Under the pieces are notes generated by a model. The model searched no databases and was not told where the DNA came from. It was given only the letters and a program-made list of their open reading frames with translations. From a virus (taxonomy: Duplodnaviria; Caudoviricetes), in the IMG/VR virus record IMGVR_UViG_3300016265_001897, positions 1 through 30,442 of that record: DNA of 30,442 nucleotides; one strand, 5' to 3'. A program made the position numbers and the translations under genes. Below, piece after piece: positions 8,776 to 19,500 of this stretch; position 1 is the first letter of the stretch; every line of letters starts with the position of its first letter.

Positions 8776-11025
8776 ATGGACACCAACACTCTGCCTGAGC
8801 AGGTTGCCGGTGGCGTTGATCAACGATACTTCCCAGGTCCCAATGCTGCATCAGAGGTTCTTAACTTTCGTTACGAGCCAAGCGGTGGATGGCGGAATGA
8901 TCGTGGTTGGGAACCACTGATTCCATATCCAAGTCCATGGAATCCAAGCATCACAGAGATTAAGGATCTCTACCAGCCGTGTCGCTTCCTGACTGTCGTC
9001 CAGCGACACCAGGGCGGTGAGGAGTATTACCTGCAGGAACGAAATGGTGAGCTCTTCTATGAGTTTGGCAATCAAGGTCTCGCAGTTACCAACAAGGTAG
9101 TCCTCGATAAGGATCGCAACATCCCACGCTCGGATGATCCTGGCACGCAGGCTGTTCCATACGGTCGATTTGTTGCGATGCTGAATGGTTACGACAACAT
9201 GCTCAAGTTCTGGGGCAGGGGCAGAACGACACAGTTTGGCTTCTACCAGACTCCACCAGCTCTCACGCCACTTGAGCTATCGATGGACTACAACAGCAGT
9301 CAGACACTGTCACCATCAGGAAGTCCAACAAATAACAATCTCTCAGGCATATCGATCCAGTTCCCAGCTGACAGTCGACTTGGGCTTGGTGATCCAGCTG
9401 CTGGATCTGTCAATACATATTCCTACTGTCAGACATACATCACAGACACTGGATCAGAATCACCGCTTAGCCCGCCCTGCACCGTTGGTTGGCAAATACC
9501 AACTGGTGATACGCCCATAGCGCTAGCAAATATGCGTAAGTATGGTGTTATGCTCGTTGGACTTGATCCAGGTCCAAATGGCACTGTTGCACGCAGAATC
9601 TATCGCACAAAGAATAAGAAGGATGGCATCACAGGTGCTGGTGATGTCTACTACCTCGTGGCTCAGATAGATGAGAATAACACCACGACGTATGTCGATA
9701 CCACGCCTGACAACCAGCTGACAATTCAGGCTCCGGGCGTGTCTGATTCAGTGGTGATCAGCACCTCATACAAGTATGGCGCATCATGGAACGGATGCTT
9801 CTGGCTTGCTGGAGGTGAGAGCACTCCTACGAGAATGATCTTCTCAGTGCAAGGTCTGCCTGAGCAGTTCCCAGCATTCAATTACTTCGATGTTGGTGTT
9901 CGTGATGGTGGTCACATCACAGCGCTCTATCCCTACTACGATGTGCTGCTGGTGTTCAGGGAGCGTAGCATTGATGCAGTTTTCACCAATGCAAGCGGTG
10001 ATGGCTTCACCTGCACAACGATCAAGAAGGACTGTGGCACAACGGCTACCAACTCAATCAAGCTCATCCCTGGTTACGGAATCATGTTCATCAACAAGGA
10101 TGGATTCTGGTTGATCAAGGGCGGTATGCGTGGTGGTGCCACAATCGATATTGTCAACATGTCACAGACAATAGAGAAGGAGATGGGCACACTCTCCAAG
10201 AATGCACTTGCCCGTGCATGCGCTGCATACTCAGATCGTGAGAAGGAATACTGGTGCATCTATCCAGTTGATGGTGAGACCGAGTGCACACGTGGTGCAT
10301 GCTGGAATATTGTCAACGAGCAATGGTCATTCCGCGGTGCAGGCGATGATCAGGATGATAACCATCAGTGGAAGTTCAGCCAGATCGCCACGGATCAGAG
10401 CGGCTACTTCATCCTTGGAACTGCTCCACAGTATAACAACGCATTCCCTATCCTCAGCAAGGCTTATCCCGGTCTCGGTCTCCAAGTGTGGAGCGGAAGG
10501 ACAAGCTGGGGAGATGATGTTGGGATCACGTTCAGTCAGCAAGGTGTCTACACGCTGACGCCAACTCCGCATGCTCAGGGAGGAAGTGTGTGGACATCGA
10601 CATGGTATGACTTTGGAGATGACTCTGTCAAGAAGCGCATCCTAACAGTTGAGATGGAGGTCATCACTGAGGGCAACAATCCAATCGAGTTGCAGTGGGC
10701 GCAGGACTGGGGCTACACATTCAACTCAGCTGGGACAGTTCCCATTCAGGTGGGGGATTACCTTGGTGGTCAGTCTGAGCAGGCGACCTACTCACCTGCT
10801 GGTGTGAGCACCGTCAAGCAGGCGACACCTGCAGTCTGGGATGCCTCGAAATGGGAGGAGCCACGAGTCACACGGCTCCGCTGGGATGTGAACACAGGTC
10901 TTGTCTCACAGTTCCAGTTCAGGATCCTTTCGTCGAATCATATGCAGATCGTGAAATACCAGATCAACTACATCGGTGGCAGCGTGAAGACTCCCAATGT
11001 CCGCATGCCAGGAGCGAGGAGCTAA
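8776..11025 (+). CDS. Tail nozzle / tail tubular B-like protein (P22 gp10 / T7 gp12 equivalent)
   Basis: 749 aa, beta-rich. Motifs RMIFS...PEQFP, ITALYPYYDVLLVFRERSI, GT...NSI, MFINKDGFW and C-terminal WYDFGD...KKR. Follows the adaptor. Confidence 0.75.
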   Translation: MDTNTLPEQVAGGVDQRYFPGPNAASEVLNFRYEPSGGWRNDRGWEPLIPYPSPWNPSITEIKDLYQPCRFLTVVQRHQGGEEYYLQERNGELFYEFGNQGLAVTNKVVLDKDRNIPRSDDPGTQAVPYGRFVAMLNGYDNMLKFWGRGRTTQFGFYQTPPALTPLELSMDYNSSQTLSPSGSPTNNNLSGISIQFPADSRLGLGDPAAGSVNTYSYCQTYITDTGSESPLSPPCTVGWQIPTGDTPIALANMRKYGVMLVGLDPGPNGTVARRIYRTKNKKDGITGAGDVYYLVAQIDENNTTTYVDTTPDNQLTIQAPGVSDSVVISTSYKYGASWNGCFWLAGGESTPTRMIFSVQGLPEQFPAFNYFDVGVRDGGHITALYPYYDVLLVFRERSIDAVFTNASGDGFTCTTIKKDCGTTATNSIKLIPGYGIMFINKDGFWLIKGGMRGGATIDIVNMSQTIEKEMGTLSKNALARACAAYSDREKEYWCIYPVDGETECTRGACWNIVNEQWSFRGAGDDQDDNHQWKFSQIATDQSGYFILGTAPQYNNAFPILSKAYPGLGLQVWSGRTSWGDDVGITFSQQGVYTLTPTPHAQGGSVWTSTWYDFGDDSVKKRILTVEMEVITEGNNPIELQWAQDWGYTFNSAGTVPIQVGDYLGGQSEQATYSPAGVSTVKQATPAVWDASKWEEPRVTRLRWDVNTGLVSQFQFRILSSNHMQIVKYQINYIGGSVKTPNVRMPGARS

Positions 11026-11819
11026 TGCCTAGACAGTATACGCAACGAGCATTCATAGGTGGTAACCTAGCTAATGCTGAGGATTGGAATGGAGAGATCT
11101 CGACTGCTGCATCTGAGATGAGTGGTCAGCTTGATCAGAACAACATGCCACTCAGCTCTGTCGATGATGGAAAGATGGCTGATCCAACTACCGTGGTTGA
11201 GGTTGACAATTCACTAGTAGCCCGCTACTTTATCGCTCACAGCTACATGCCCACTCAGTCCTATCACATCAGCGAATGCTCAGATGTCGATCCAACTGAT
11301 GGCACATGGTTCACCACAACCTGGCAACCGCAGGATTGGCGTCGTGATTGGCATCGTGTAGCTGAGAAGCGCACAACTCCTGTTGGTGGCACAAACTACT
11401 ATGCAGGTGCTGAGCTCAAGTTCCAGGCGCAGGAGGGCATGATCGTCGGTGAGGCTTTATTCGATGCCTCATGGCGTATCTCCTACTGGTCATGGACAGC
11501 TGAGGAAGAAGGTGGCGGCCCGATATTCTTAGGTGCCACAGAGCGTAATGATGCATTCATTGAGGTAGGAGTCTTTGTCAATGATGTCTGCTGCGCCAGA
11601 ACAGACTATCAATGGTTAGGAGGTCGATACACTTTTCACGTTCCGTTCAGCACTCCCATCGGCACAACTCCAGTCATAATCGACATCAGGTTCCGTCTTA
11701 AGTTTGATAACGTGAAAGAACCTTCTGCATCAGGTATAGTCTATTCCATCAAGGAAAATTGGATCAATCCCTTTCAGGTGCGTGACAGTCACATCTGGGC
11801 ACGTAACGTCTACAGGTAG
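11025..11819 (+). CDS. Putative tail/fibre-docking structural protein 1
   Basis: ATG 11025 overlaps the nozzle stop (TAATG). N-terminus FIGGNLANAEDWNGE resembles a fibre-anchor motif. Confidence 0.65.
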   Translation: MPRQYTQRAFIGGNLANAEDWNGEISTAASEMSGQLDQNNMPLSSVDDGKMADPTTVVEVDNSLVARYFIAHSYMPTQSYHISECSDVDPTDGTWFTTTWQPQDWRRDWHRVAEKRTTPVGGTNYYAGAELKFQAQEGMIVGEALFDASWRISYWSWTAEEEGGGPIFLGATERNDAFIEVGVFVNDVCCARTDYQWLGGRYTFHVPFSTPIGTTPVIIDIRFRLKFDNVKEPSASGIVYSIKENWINPFQVRDSHIWARNVYR

Positions 11820-11824
11820 GAAAC

Positions 11825-12511
11825 ATGCCAACAATCCCAATCACTACATACGAAGCGGGCGATCCTTTAGTCGCAGCTGATGTCAACGGTGACTTTACCA
11901 ACTTTCAGGCATACTCAGCAATCCTGGATGATGAAAATACTCGGACCGAGTGGTGCAGTCGCTATCACATGGACAGCATTGGCACGAATTTCATCAATGG
12001 AAACTTTGCGGATATTCAAGACTCAGACTCCACCATGGTGGTCAACAGCACTGTTTTCAGTGTCGTAGCTCTTGCTCCGAACTTCAGGATCTCCTACCTT
12101 GGTCTACCGCTAGCACCTGGAGAGACGCTGCGGATGCACTTCGACATCAATGTGATAGATGCAACTTTTGGTCAAGGCGGTGCAGTCCTTGGTAATATCG
12201 ATGATGATTGCTACCAGTTCCGCTTCTATTACAGGGACTCTGTCAGCGGTCTTGTTCAACCAATCGGTGACACATCCACTTACTCAACATCAAATAAGTC
12301 TGATCACATTCCTAATGGTGGTGGTGGAACAGCGACGCCTGTCAATCGAATTGGACAGCGTGTGAATCATTCATACTGCTGGATCAACACGACAGGTGCA
12401 ACAATCAACATCGACTGGATTGAGATCAGAGTTCGTCTGTGCAATCTCGCATACGTGACATCTGTCAGCCTGAAAGAAGCCACATTCCAAACATTTCGAG
12501 CGAGGCACTAA
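11825..12511 (+). CDS. Putative tail/fibre-docking structural protein 2
   Basis: N-terminus YEAGDPLVAADVNGDF; beta-rich C-terminal domain. Confidence 0.65.
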   Translation: MPTIPITTYEAGDPLVAADVNGDFTNFQAYSAILDDENTRTEWCSRYHMDSIGTNFINGNFADIQDSDSTMVVNSTVFSVVALAPNFRISYLGLPLAPGETLRMHFDINVIDATFGQGGAVLGNIDDDCYQFRFYYRDSVSGLVQPIGDTSTYSTSNKSDHIPNGGGGTATPVNRIGQRVNHSYCWINTTGATINIDWIEIRVRLCNLAYVTSVSLKEATFQTFRARH

Positions 12512-13209
12512 TGGCATACACACCACCGAACGTATTTGTTGCAGGCACGCCTGTTGATGCAACAGCGCTGCAGGGGAATACTGATGCCCTACGTAAGTAT
12601 ATCAACAGGGAAATTGTTAAAGCTGACGTAGCTCCAACTTCAGTCACCACAACCGATGTTGTTCGCGGTGAGTATGCAAATGTTGTCCGCGATCATCAGT
12701 TCACAACTGGTGATGTGATGACGAACTTCGTTGAGTTGAACGTCTTCCAGAATGATTACTTCACATCAACGTGGAAGATGTATGATCAGTATGGTCTAAA
12801 GACACAGCAGGTTCCACAGCTTGGAAAGCGTATTGTGATGGAGAAGAATGGATATATCTTCTTCACTGTCGCTGGATCATTTGTCGGCGATGACAATTAC
12901 GAGCTTCTGCCTGAGAAGAAGGCAAGCGGCATCTACATTCAGATCTCCAAGAACGATCGCGTTCTGCAGACAGACTACATACCAGCCACAAAGGGACGCT
13001 GCTACACTGAGGATAACGTGACTGCTGACATTGATAACTCAGGTAATACGACAGCTAGCGGAAAGTATAGCAGGCGCTGGTATTGCCAACGTTATCAGTA
13101 TTATGCGAACGCTGGGGACATTGTGAACATCTGCCTTGTCTTTGATCCAAACTGCGACAAAGCACATGCTACAGCAAGAAATCTTCAGGTAGAGATTTTT
13201 TACCGTTGA
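12511..13209 (+). CDS. Putative tail/fibre-docking structural protein 3
   Basis: ATG 12511 via TAATG overlap. N-terminus YTPPNVFVAGTPVDATALQGNTDAL. Confidence 0.65.
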   Translation: MAYTPPNVFVAGTPVDATALQGNTDALRKYINREIVKADVAPTSVTTTDVVRGEYANVVRDHQFTTGDVMTNFVELNVFQNDYFTSTWKMYDQYGLKTQQVPQLGKRIVMEKNGYIFFTVAGSFVGDDNYELLPEKKASGIYIQISKNDRVLQTDYIPATKGRCYTEDNVTADIDNSGNTTASGKYSRRWYCQRYQYYANAGDIVNICLVFDPNCDKAHATARNLQVEIFYR

Positions 13210-13214
13210 TAGCG

Positions 13215-13223
13215 TATATTTAG
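13215..13223 (+). promoter_or_regulatory. TATAnTTAG motif (TATATTTAG) before ejection-protein module
   Basis: AGCGTATATTTAG (13211-13223) is identical to the minus-strand element at 28528-28540. Confidence 0.65.
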
Positions 13224-13231
13224 GAGATAAC

Positions 13232-13963
13232 ATGGCGAATGGAATCGTATCAAGCATCGGTAGCACTCTTGGTGGAATAGCTGGAACTGCAGTTGGCGGT
13301 CCTCTTGGCACAGCGCTTGGAACAGCAGCCGGATCATTGATTGGTGCTGTGATTGAAGCAATCCCAGCACTTGTCAAGACTGATGCTGAGAAGGAGAACG
13401 AACGCCGCCTGAAGCAGCTACAGCGGATGCAGGAGATGGGAACTCTCGGTCTCACCGAAGCTGAGAAGCAGCAGCTCTTCACCACAGCGCAGGGACAGGC
13501 AGCTGGTCAGATGCGTCAGGCTCAGGCAGGCATCAGGGCTGCAGGTGCCGCTCTTGGTGGTGGCGGTGCTGGAACCGAGGCACTCCGTCAGGCCCAGCTT
13601 GCCGAGGGCATGTCAGCCGTCCAGGCTGGTATCTCCCAGAATGTTGAGGCTCAGAACTTGCAGCGCAAGCGTGAGCTCGAGGATGAGATCCAGGCTCGTA
13701 TCGCTGCGAAGAGCGAGGCCGAGAATAGACGACTCGCAGCTGCGACAGGCGTCGCTGCAACAGGTGTGCAGTCATTCAGCGAGCGACTTGCTCAGGAGCA
13801 GACGATCCAGGGCAAGGCCCCTTCAGCAGGTGAGCTCGCAGCAGTTGCGAAGCTCTACGGTGTTGATGAGACGGTCGCTGCTGGTCTGATCGATTTTCTC
13901 GGTCGTAATCCAGATGCTGCGAAATCGATCGGTCAGTATCTCAGCCTCTCGCAGAGCAAGTAA
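13232..13963 (+). CDS. Putative internal virion / DNA-ejection protein (small)
   Basis: Hydrophobic Gly-zipper N-terminus (GSTLGGIAGTAVGGPLGTALGTAAGSLIG) followed by Gln/Ala-rich helices. Position matches podovirus ejection proteins. Confidence 0.6.
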   Translation: MANGIVSSIGSTLGGIAGTAVGGPLGTALGTAAGSLIGAVIEAIPALVKTDAEKENERRLKQLQRMQEMGTLGLTEAEKQQLFTTAQGQAAGQMRQAQAGIRAAGAALGGGGAGTEALRQAQLAEGMSAVQAGISQNVEAQNLQRKRELEDEIQARIAAKSEAENRRLAAATGVAATGVQSFSERLAQEQTIQGKAPSAGELAAVAKLYGVDETVAAGLIDFLGRNPDAAKSIGQYLSLSQSK

Positions 13964-13975
13964 GGAGACTCCGCA

Positions 13976-16546
13976 ATGGCAATATCCCAGGTGAGCAAGG
14001 GCGTCTACGTCATCTCCCCTAACCAGGTCAAGAAATACAAGGACACCGCGGCCGGTGAGTATACGTCCGTATTCACCAAGGAGCGGGCTGAGCAGTGGCA
14101 GATGGCGCAGAAGCAGGCGCTGCTGGAGCTTGAGCTTGGCACGAAGCAGTTCGCTGAGGAGATGAAGACCTACCGCGACCGTCTCGATGCGCTTGATGCT
14201 CGCCGGAAAGAGCTTGAAGGGCTGAAGGTCCGTGTTGCTGAGGGCCGTCTCGATGCAGCTGATGCGGCTGCCATCGCTGCGATGCGTGAGGCTGGTGATC
14301 GCCAGCGGACCGCGGCTGATTTTGAAGCGAAGAAGGCGCAGGTTGCACCTGTCACCACTGGAACAACAACGACAGGTGGTGGTGGTCGTCGTGGTGCTGC
14401 TGGTGCTGGTTCAATCAGCGATGATGCTCAGAAGGAGATCGATCTCTCCAAGGCGCAGGTTGATCCTGCCAACGCTGTTGGTCTTGTTGGTAATGTGGAG
14501 GCAAAGATCAGCGGTGGTCGCATCGGTGCTGGTAAGCCTGAGGAAGCTGACGCTGCTCGATACAGAGTCGTGAATGAATCGATCGATGCAAACACAGCAA
14601 TCCTGATGCGAAATAATCCGAACGTGCCTTACGAGGACGCTCGTGCTGCTGCGCAAGTTCAGGTTCTTAATGACCTGAGAGCAGGTGGTCAACCAAATGC
14701 TGCCTCAGCTTTCGAACGTGTTGATGCAAAAATTACAGCTGAAGCTGGGACTGGAACTCCAGCTGTTACTGAACGTAAGGTCGAATACTACAAGAAGTAT
14801 CAAGGTCTTGGAGAACTTCCTGCTGCACCGACCGTGGTTAAATCTGGTGAGACGCCTCCAGAAAAAGGAGCTTTCATTGTTTCTCCTGATGTTGCAAAGG
14901 CTGATGATATCACTGGACCTGAGGGACTTATCGCTGGTAGTATCGCCCAGATAGAAGCTGAGAGAGCGAAGCTTGCCCGTCCGACGATGGCTGGCTTTGA
15001 TTACATCACTCGTGCCCGTGATATTGCAGCCGGTCGGTTCGGTCCCGTCAGTGCCTCACCTGCATACGGTCAGCGCAACGCGATCGAGGCTCTCCTGCGT
15101 GCTGATCCAAGCATGCGCGCTGCTATCATGGAGAGCTTCTCCAGGGCACCAGCAGCACCTGCCCAAGGTGTAACTGGTCCGTCTGCGCCAGCAGTGACTG
15201 GCGCCCCTGCAGCCACTGCTCCGGCCGTTCCTGCTACGGAGGAGGGATGGGCATCTGTCGGTGTGGTAAAGCCCAGCACAGGTGATGCGGCGGCTGATGA
15301 AACTGCTTACCAGGCTGCAAAGGAAGCGTGGGCCAAGTCACAGGCTGCTGCACCAATACCTCCTGTAACAACTCCTGACACAGAGCAATTTTATCGGCCG
15401 TTCGAGATGGAACCAGGTCAGAGCCCTGAGGCACTGCTTGCTGAGGCTGTGGATGTTGGTGCACAGGCTGGCACACCTGGTCTTCTTCCTGGCGCAAAGT
15501 CTGCACTTGAACGGCTGGCTGAGACCAAGTTCAAGGAAGCAGAGAGACGCATGGCAGAGGAAGCACGCATCGGTGCTGAGATCGCTGCTGCTGAACGTCC
15601 ATTCGAGATCCCATTCGAGGAACGTGGCGGTGAGACAGTTCCCTTCTATCGCAAGCCTGGTGGTCGGGCTGACGTTCGTGCGATGGAGGAGTATGCTGCA
15701 AGCAGACGGGATGCAATTGGTCGCCAGGCTCCACCGATGGGAACGTATCCATCCGCTCCCGAGATACGTCCTGAGGCTGCAGCCCTGATGACTCCAGCTG
15801 AGCGTGCTCAGATGCTCGATGAGCTTCGTGCAATGCGTCCTCCATCAGCCCTTCAGGTTGCAAGGGAGACGACATTCCTTCCACCTGGACGCCTTCCCAG
15901 TCCGGCTCGTCCCCAGATGGTTCCTCCTGCATCAGCAGCTGAATCATTTGCATACTATTCGCCAGGAATACGGACACAATCGCCACCGAGCGCCGCTCCT
16001 GATATTGGTCGCTACACACCTGGTCCTGGTCCTACACCAGTTCCGATCGAAGGTCCATCGACTGCTGGGGCTGCACCGAGGACCGCTGCCGAGGCACCTG
16101 CTGGCTACCTCCAGCGTCCCAGTCGTCCCATGGCTGCGGATGTTGCCGCCCGACTGGCGATCAAGGAAGGTGAGGAGTCCGCTGCTGCGGCGGGCGCTGC
16201 AAAGAAGACGATGGCTGATATCAAGGCTGCAGGTGCGGTTGAAGCTTTCAGGGGACCGAAGACTGGTCCCGGTCAGACAAAGGAGGGCTACCTCCTTAAT
16301 CGACTCGAGGGAGCCTACTCGCTTGCGAAGAAAGTTGATAAGCTGGGCAGACTTTCTTCAAGCGGACCTGGAAAAGTCGCGTATGATCTATATGTAGCAA
16401 ACAAGGCGAAGGGAATCCCATTCAGCAGGACCTACGAGGAGATCACTTTGACTTTCTCAGGTGACATGCCAGCGATGGAGAAGGCACACGAGATTGCCCT
16501 CGCACTTGACATCAAGGATCGGGACACCGCGCCCGGAGGAAAGTAA
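13976..16546 (+). CDS. Putative internal virion / ejection protein (856 aa, Pro/Ala-rich)
   Basis: SD TAAGGAG. N-terminal coiled coil and long low-complexity Pro/Ala segments. Lies between two other ejection-like genes. Confidence 0.55.
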   Translation: MAISQVSKGVYVISPNQVKKYKDTAAGEYTSVFTKERAEQWQMAQKQALLELELGTKQFAEEMKTYRDRLDALDARRKELEGLKVRVAEGRLDAADAAAIAAMREAGDRQRTAADFEAKKAQVAPVTTGTTTTGGGGRRGAAGAGSISDDAQKEIDLSKAQVDPANAVGLVGNVEAKISGGRIGAGKPEEADAARYRVVNESIDANTAILMRNNPNVPYEDARAAAQVQVLNDLRAGGQPNAASAFERVDAKITAEAGTGTPAVTERKVEYYKKYQGLGELPAAPTVVKSGETPPEKGAFIVSPDVAKADDITGPEGLIAGSIAQIEAERAKLARPTMAGFDYITRARDIAAGRFGPVSASPAYGQRNAIEALLRADPSMRAAIMESFSRAPAAPAQGVTGPSAPAVTGAPAATAPAVPATEEGWASVGVVKPSTGDAAADETAYQAAKEAWAKSQAAAPIPPVTTPDTEQFYRPFEMEPGQSPEALLAEAVDVGAQAGTPGLLPGAKSALERLAETKFKEAERRMAEEARIGAEIAAAERPFEIPFEERGGETVPFYRKPGGRADVRAMEEYAASRRDAIGRQAPPMGTYPSAPEIRPEAAALMTPAERAQMLDELRAMRPPSALQVARETTFLPPGRLPSPARPQMVPPASAAESFAYYSPGIRTQSPPSAAPDIGRYTPGPGPTPVPIEGPSTAGAAPRTAAEAPAGYLQRPSRPMAADVAARLAIKEGEESAAAAGAAKKTMADIKAAGAVEAFRGPKTGPGQTKEGYLLNRLEGAYSLAKKVDKLGRLSSSGPGKVAYDLYVANKAKGIPFSRTYEEITLTFSGDMPAMEKAHEIALALDIKDRDTAPGGK

Positions 16547-19500
16547 TGCCGCCAGTCACCAAAAGTAGAGAGGAAGAGCTTCGTAGAAAATATCCAAATC
16601 TCTTCGCTCCATCTGCTCCTGCGCCCGAAGCTCTTCCACCTGCTGGTGCTGAGAGGCGGACAGCAGTTCGTGGAATGGGAGCCAGTGCTGAATCCACTGA
16701 GGCGTTAACAGAGCTCCAGACTGAGGAGGATCGCCTCATCCAGATAGAGCTCCTGAACATTGAGCGTGAGGGCACTCCACTCTCACCTCAGGCCGCTCGT
16801 GATGAGGCAAAGCGTCGTGTCCAGGCTGCCCGTCGGGAGCCCATCTATGCAGGTGGATTCCAACCATTCAGGTATGAGCTGCCCCTTGCAGGTGTTGCTC
16901 CTCCCGTCAATGTTCCAGCTGCCTCAGTTCCCGGCATTGGAACCGCCCTCCTCCCACAGACTCGTGTGCCAGGACAGGTTGCTGCAGCTGCTGAAACTCG
17001 GCGTGTTGAGGGACTGTTCGATGACAAGGCTTTCAATGAATCGATCAAGGATCTGACACCTGAGGATAAGCGTGAGCAGCTCGATGCGTATGAGGCGTTC
17101 AAGGCTGCATACAAGAAAGTTCGCGAGCTCAATCCTCCCCAGACAGGAGTGACAGATGAGGATATCCTCAAGGATCTGCAGCGCCAGCTGAAGGCTCTCG
17201 GTGAGGGGGAGATCAGGACATTCGTCGATGATCCTGCGTTGAGGATGGGATACACTGGCGATCCACTTGCCCGATCCCTTCAGCGGCAGGTGACTCCATC
17301 AGCTCCCATTCCGAAGCTTGAGCCTGGGCAGATTGCATTCGTCGGTGAGCTTGATCGTATCAAGCGTGGTCGTCGTGCTGATCTCTCAGCAGCCCAGACC
17401 GAGGAGCAGCTGCGGAAGCGTGGCGTTGAGATCACCACGAAAGTGAAGCGTCCGACCGGTGAGACAGGTCCTGGTGGTCGTCCCGTCCTCGAGGAAGTTG
17501 AGGTTGGCACTGGTAAGTTCCGTCCTGCTACCGAGGATGAGATCAAGAAGTCTGTCGAATCAGCACGTCGATACGAGGCAGAGGCGGCCCCTCTTCCATT
17601 CTACGCAACTGAGAAACGTGATGAGGTCCTCAGGAACCTTGAGAAGGGATCGAAGGGCGGATTCGTTTTCCAGAAGGAGTATGAGACTGGAGCTACAGTT
17701 GAGAGCCCTGTCAGCTGGTTTGTTCGGTCAGCTCTCTCGGTTCCAAATGCTCTTGTCGGCGCTGCCTCAGAGGCATTCACTCCAGAGGTGATAGAATCCC
17801 GTGAGCGGGCTGCCCGTCCACCACTCTACCGTGATGCACCTGCTTACGTCTTCAACGTTGCTGAAGCTCGTGGTCTGATGGGGGAGATCGGTGATCTGTA
17901 TGATTACGCTCCTGAGAGCTGGACGCTTGGTGGCAAGCCCCTGAAGGAGTATGCAACATTCGCGAAGGCAGCCGGTTTTGCCGGTGATCTCATCGGTTTC
18001 GATCTTGGCGTTATCGCTGCTGGTGCAACTGGTGCAAGGACTGCTGCTGCTGGTGCGAAGGCAGCCCGGGCAGCCGGTCGTCCAGCTCTTGCTGCAGCTG
18101 CGAAGACTGGTGCGAAAGCTGCCGGTCGCGAGTTCCTTGAGACAATAGGTCTTGGAACACTGGCTGGAAAAGTTGACGTTGGTGATGTTCGCCTTCAGTT
18201 TGGAACATCGCTGGGCGATGATATGCGCGCGGCTGATGAATACCAGCGTGTGATCGATGCAGGTGGTGATCATGCTGCTGCTCTTGTGGAGGCCCAGCGT
18301 GTTGCTCCTCGTGCTAAGTTTATCGATGATGCAAAGAGGGCTGGTCCATCGATCATCGATGATGTGAGGACGGGAAAGCACTTTGGTGATGCACCTGAGT
18401 GGCGCGATTACAGGAAGATCGTTGATGCTGTCGATGATGCACGTGTCGGTAAGAACCTCCCTGCTGCTGGCAAGGAGCTACGCCCATACATTGCAGCTGC
18501 TGTGCGTGAATCACCGACAGTGATGGATGCTCTTCGTGCAACAGCTGGAACTGTGACTGGTATCAGCCCACGCATGAAAATGTCGAAGGTGTTGGAGACC
18601 ATCAACAGCTCCCTCACTGATGCTGAGCGTGTGCAGTTCTACAGGACCGTGGCTGATACCGCAGCGGCTGAGAAGGGATTCACAATCATCGATCGTGCAA
18701 CAAGGGGAACCGATCCAGGTCGCTTCACGATCAGGCTCACTCCCAGCACATTCACGACATCAAATGGTGCAGCCCGTATCATCGAGGAGGTGAGGAGCAC
18801 GCCTGAGTTTAACCTCATCGATAGCATCACCTCAGCATCACCAGGCCGTGGAACATACACTCTCTCCCCTCCTCAGCAGGTTGCGCTTCGTGATATTGTT
18901 CGTCAGCAGGCTGTGTCATCGACTCTACCACGTGGCGATGCAAGCAGGATGATGGCAAAGATCAGCAGTGGAACAGTCGAGGCTTCGGACCTCAGGCAGA
19001 TTGTTCACTCTGTGACCGATGCTGTTGCTGCGAAGGGAGGCCAAGCGTTCAAGAGTCGGGCACTTGCACCTGCTGGTGAGAGAGCTGTCATCCGCGAGAA
19101 GGTCACAAGAACAGTTCCAGTTCCAGCAACTCGTGCCACTGTCTATGGTGCTGATGCTGGTCTCATCAGCTCAACCTGGAGATCCATCGCAGCGAAGGCT
19201 AGTGAGTGGATGGGCAAGGTCGGTGATCCAGCTCGTTTCCTCAACAGCGATCAGCTGCGTATCCTGACCGATGGTAGGACGCAGATGGGCAACCTTGGTA
19301 AGCTTCTCGAGAGGCAGCTGAAGGGAGCAGCTGGTGCGACTCCATACGAAAAGATCGTCAATCTTGTTGGTGATAGTGGAAGTAAGGATACATGGACACG
19401 CATCGCACAGTCAGCGATCTTCGGCCGGAAGCAGTTTAGTGGTGCCCAGTGGTTCCTTGGATCATTCGAATACGATGATGTGACAAAGTTCCTCACGGCT

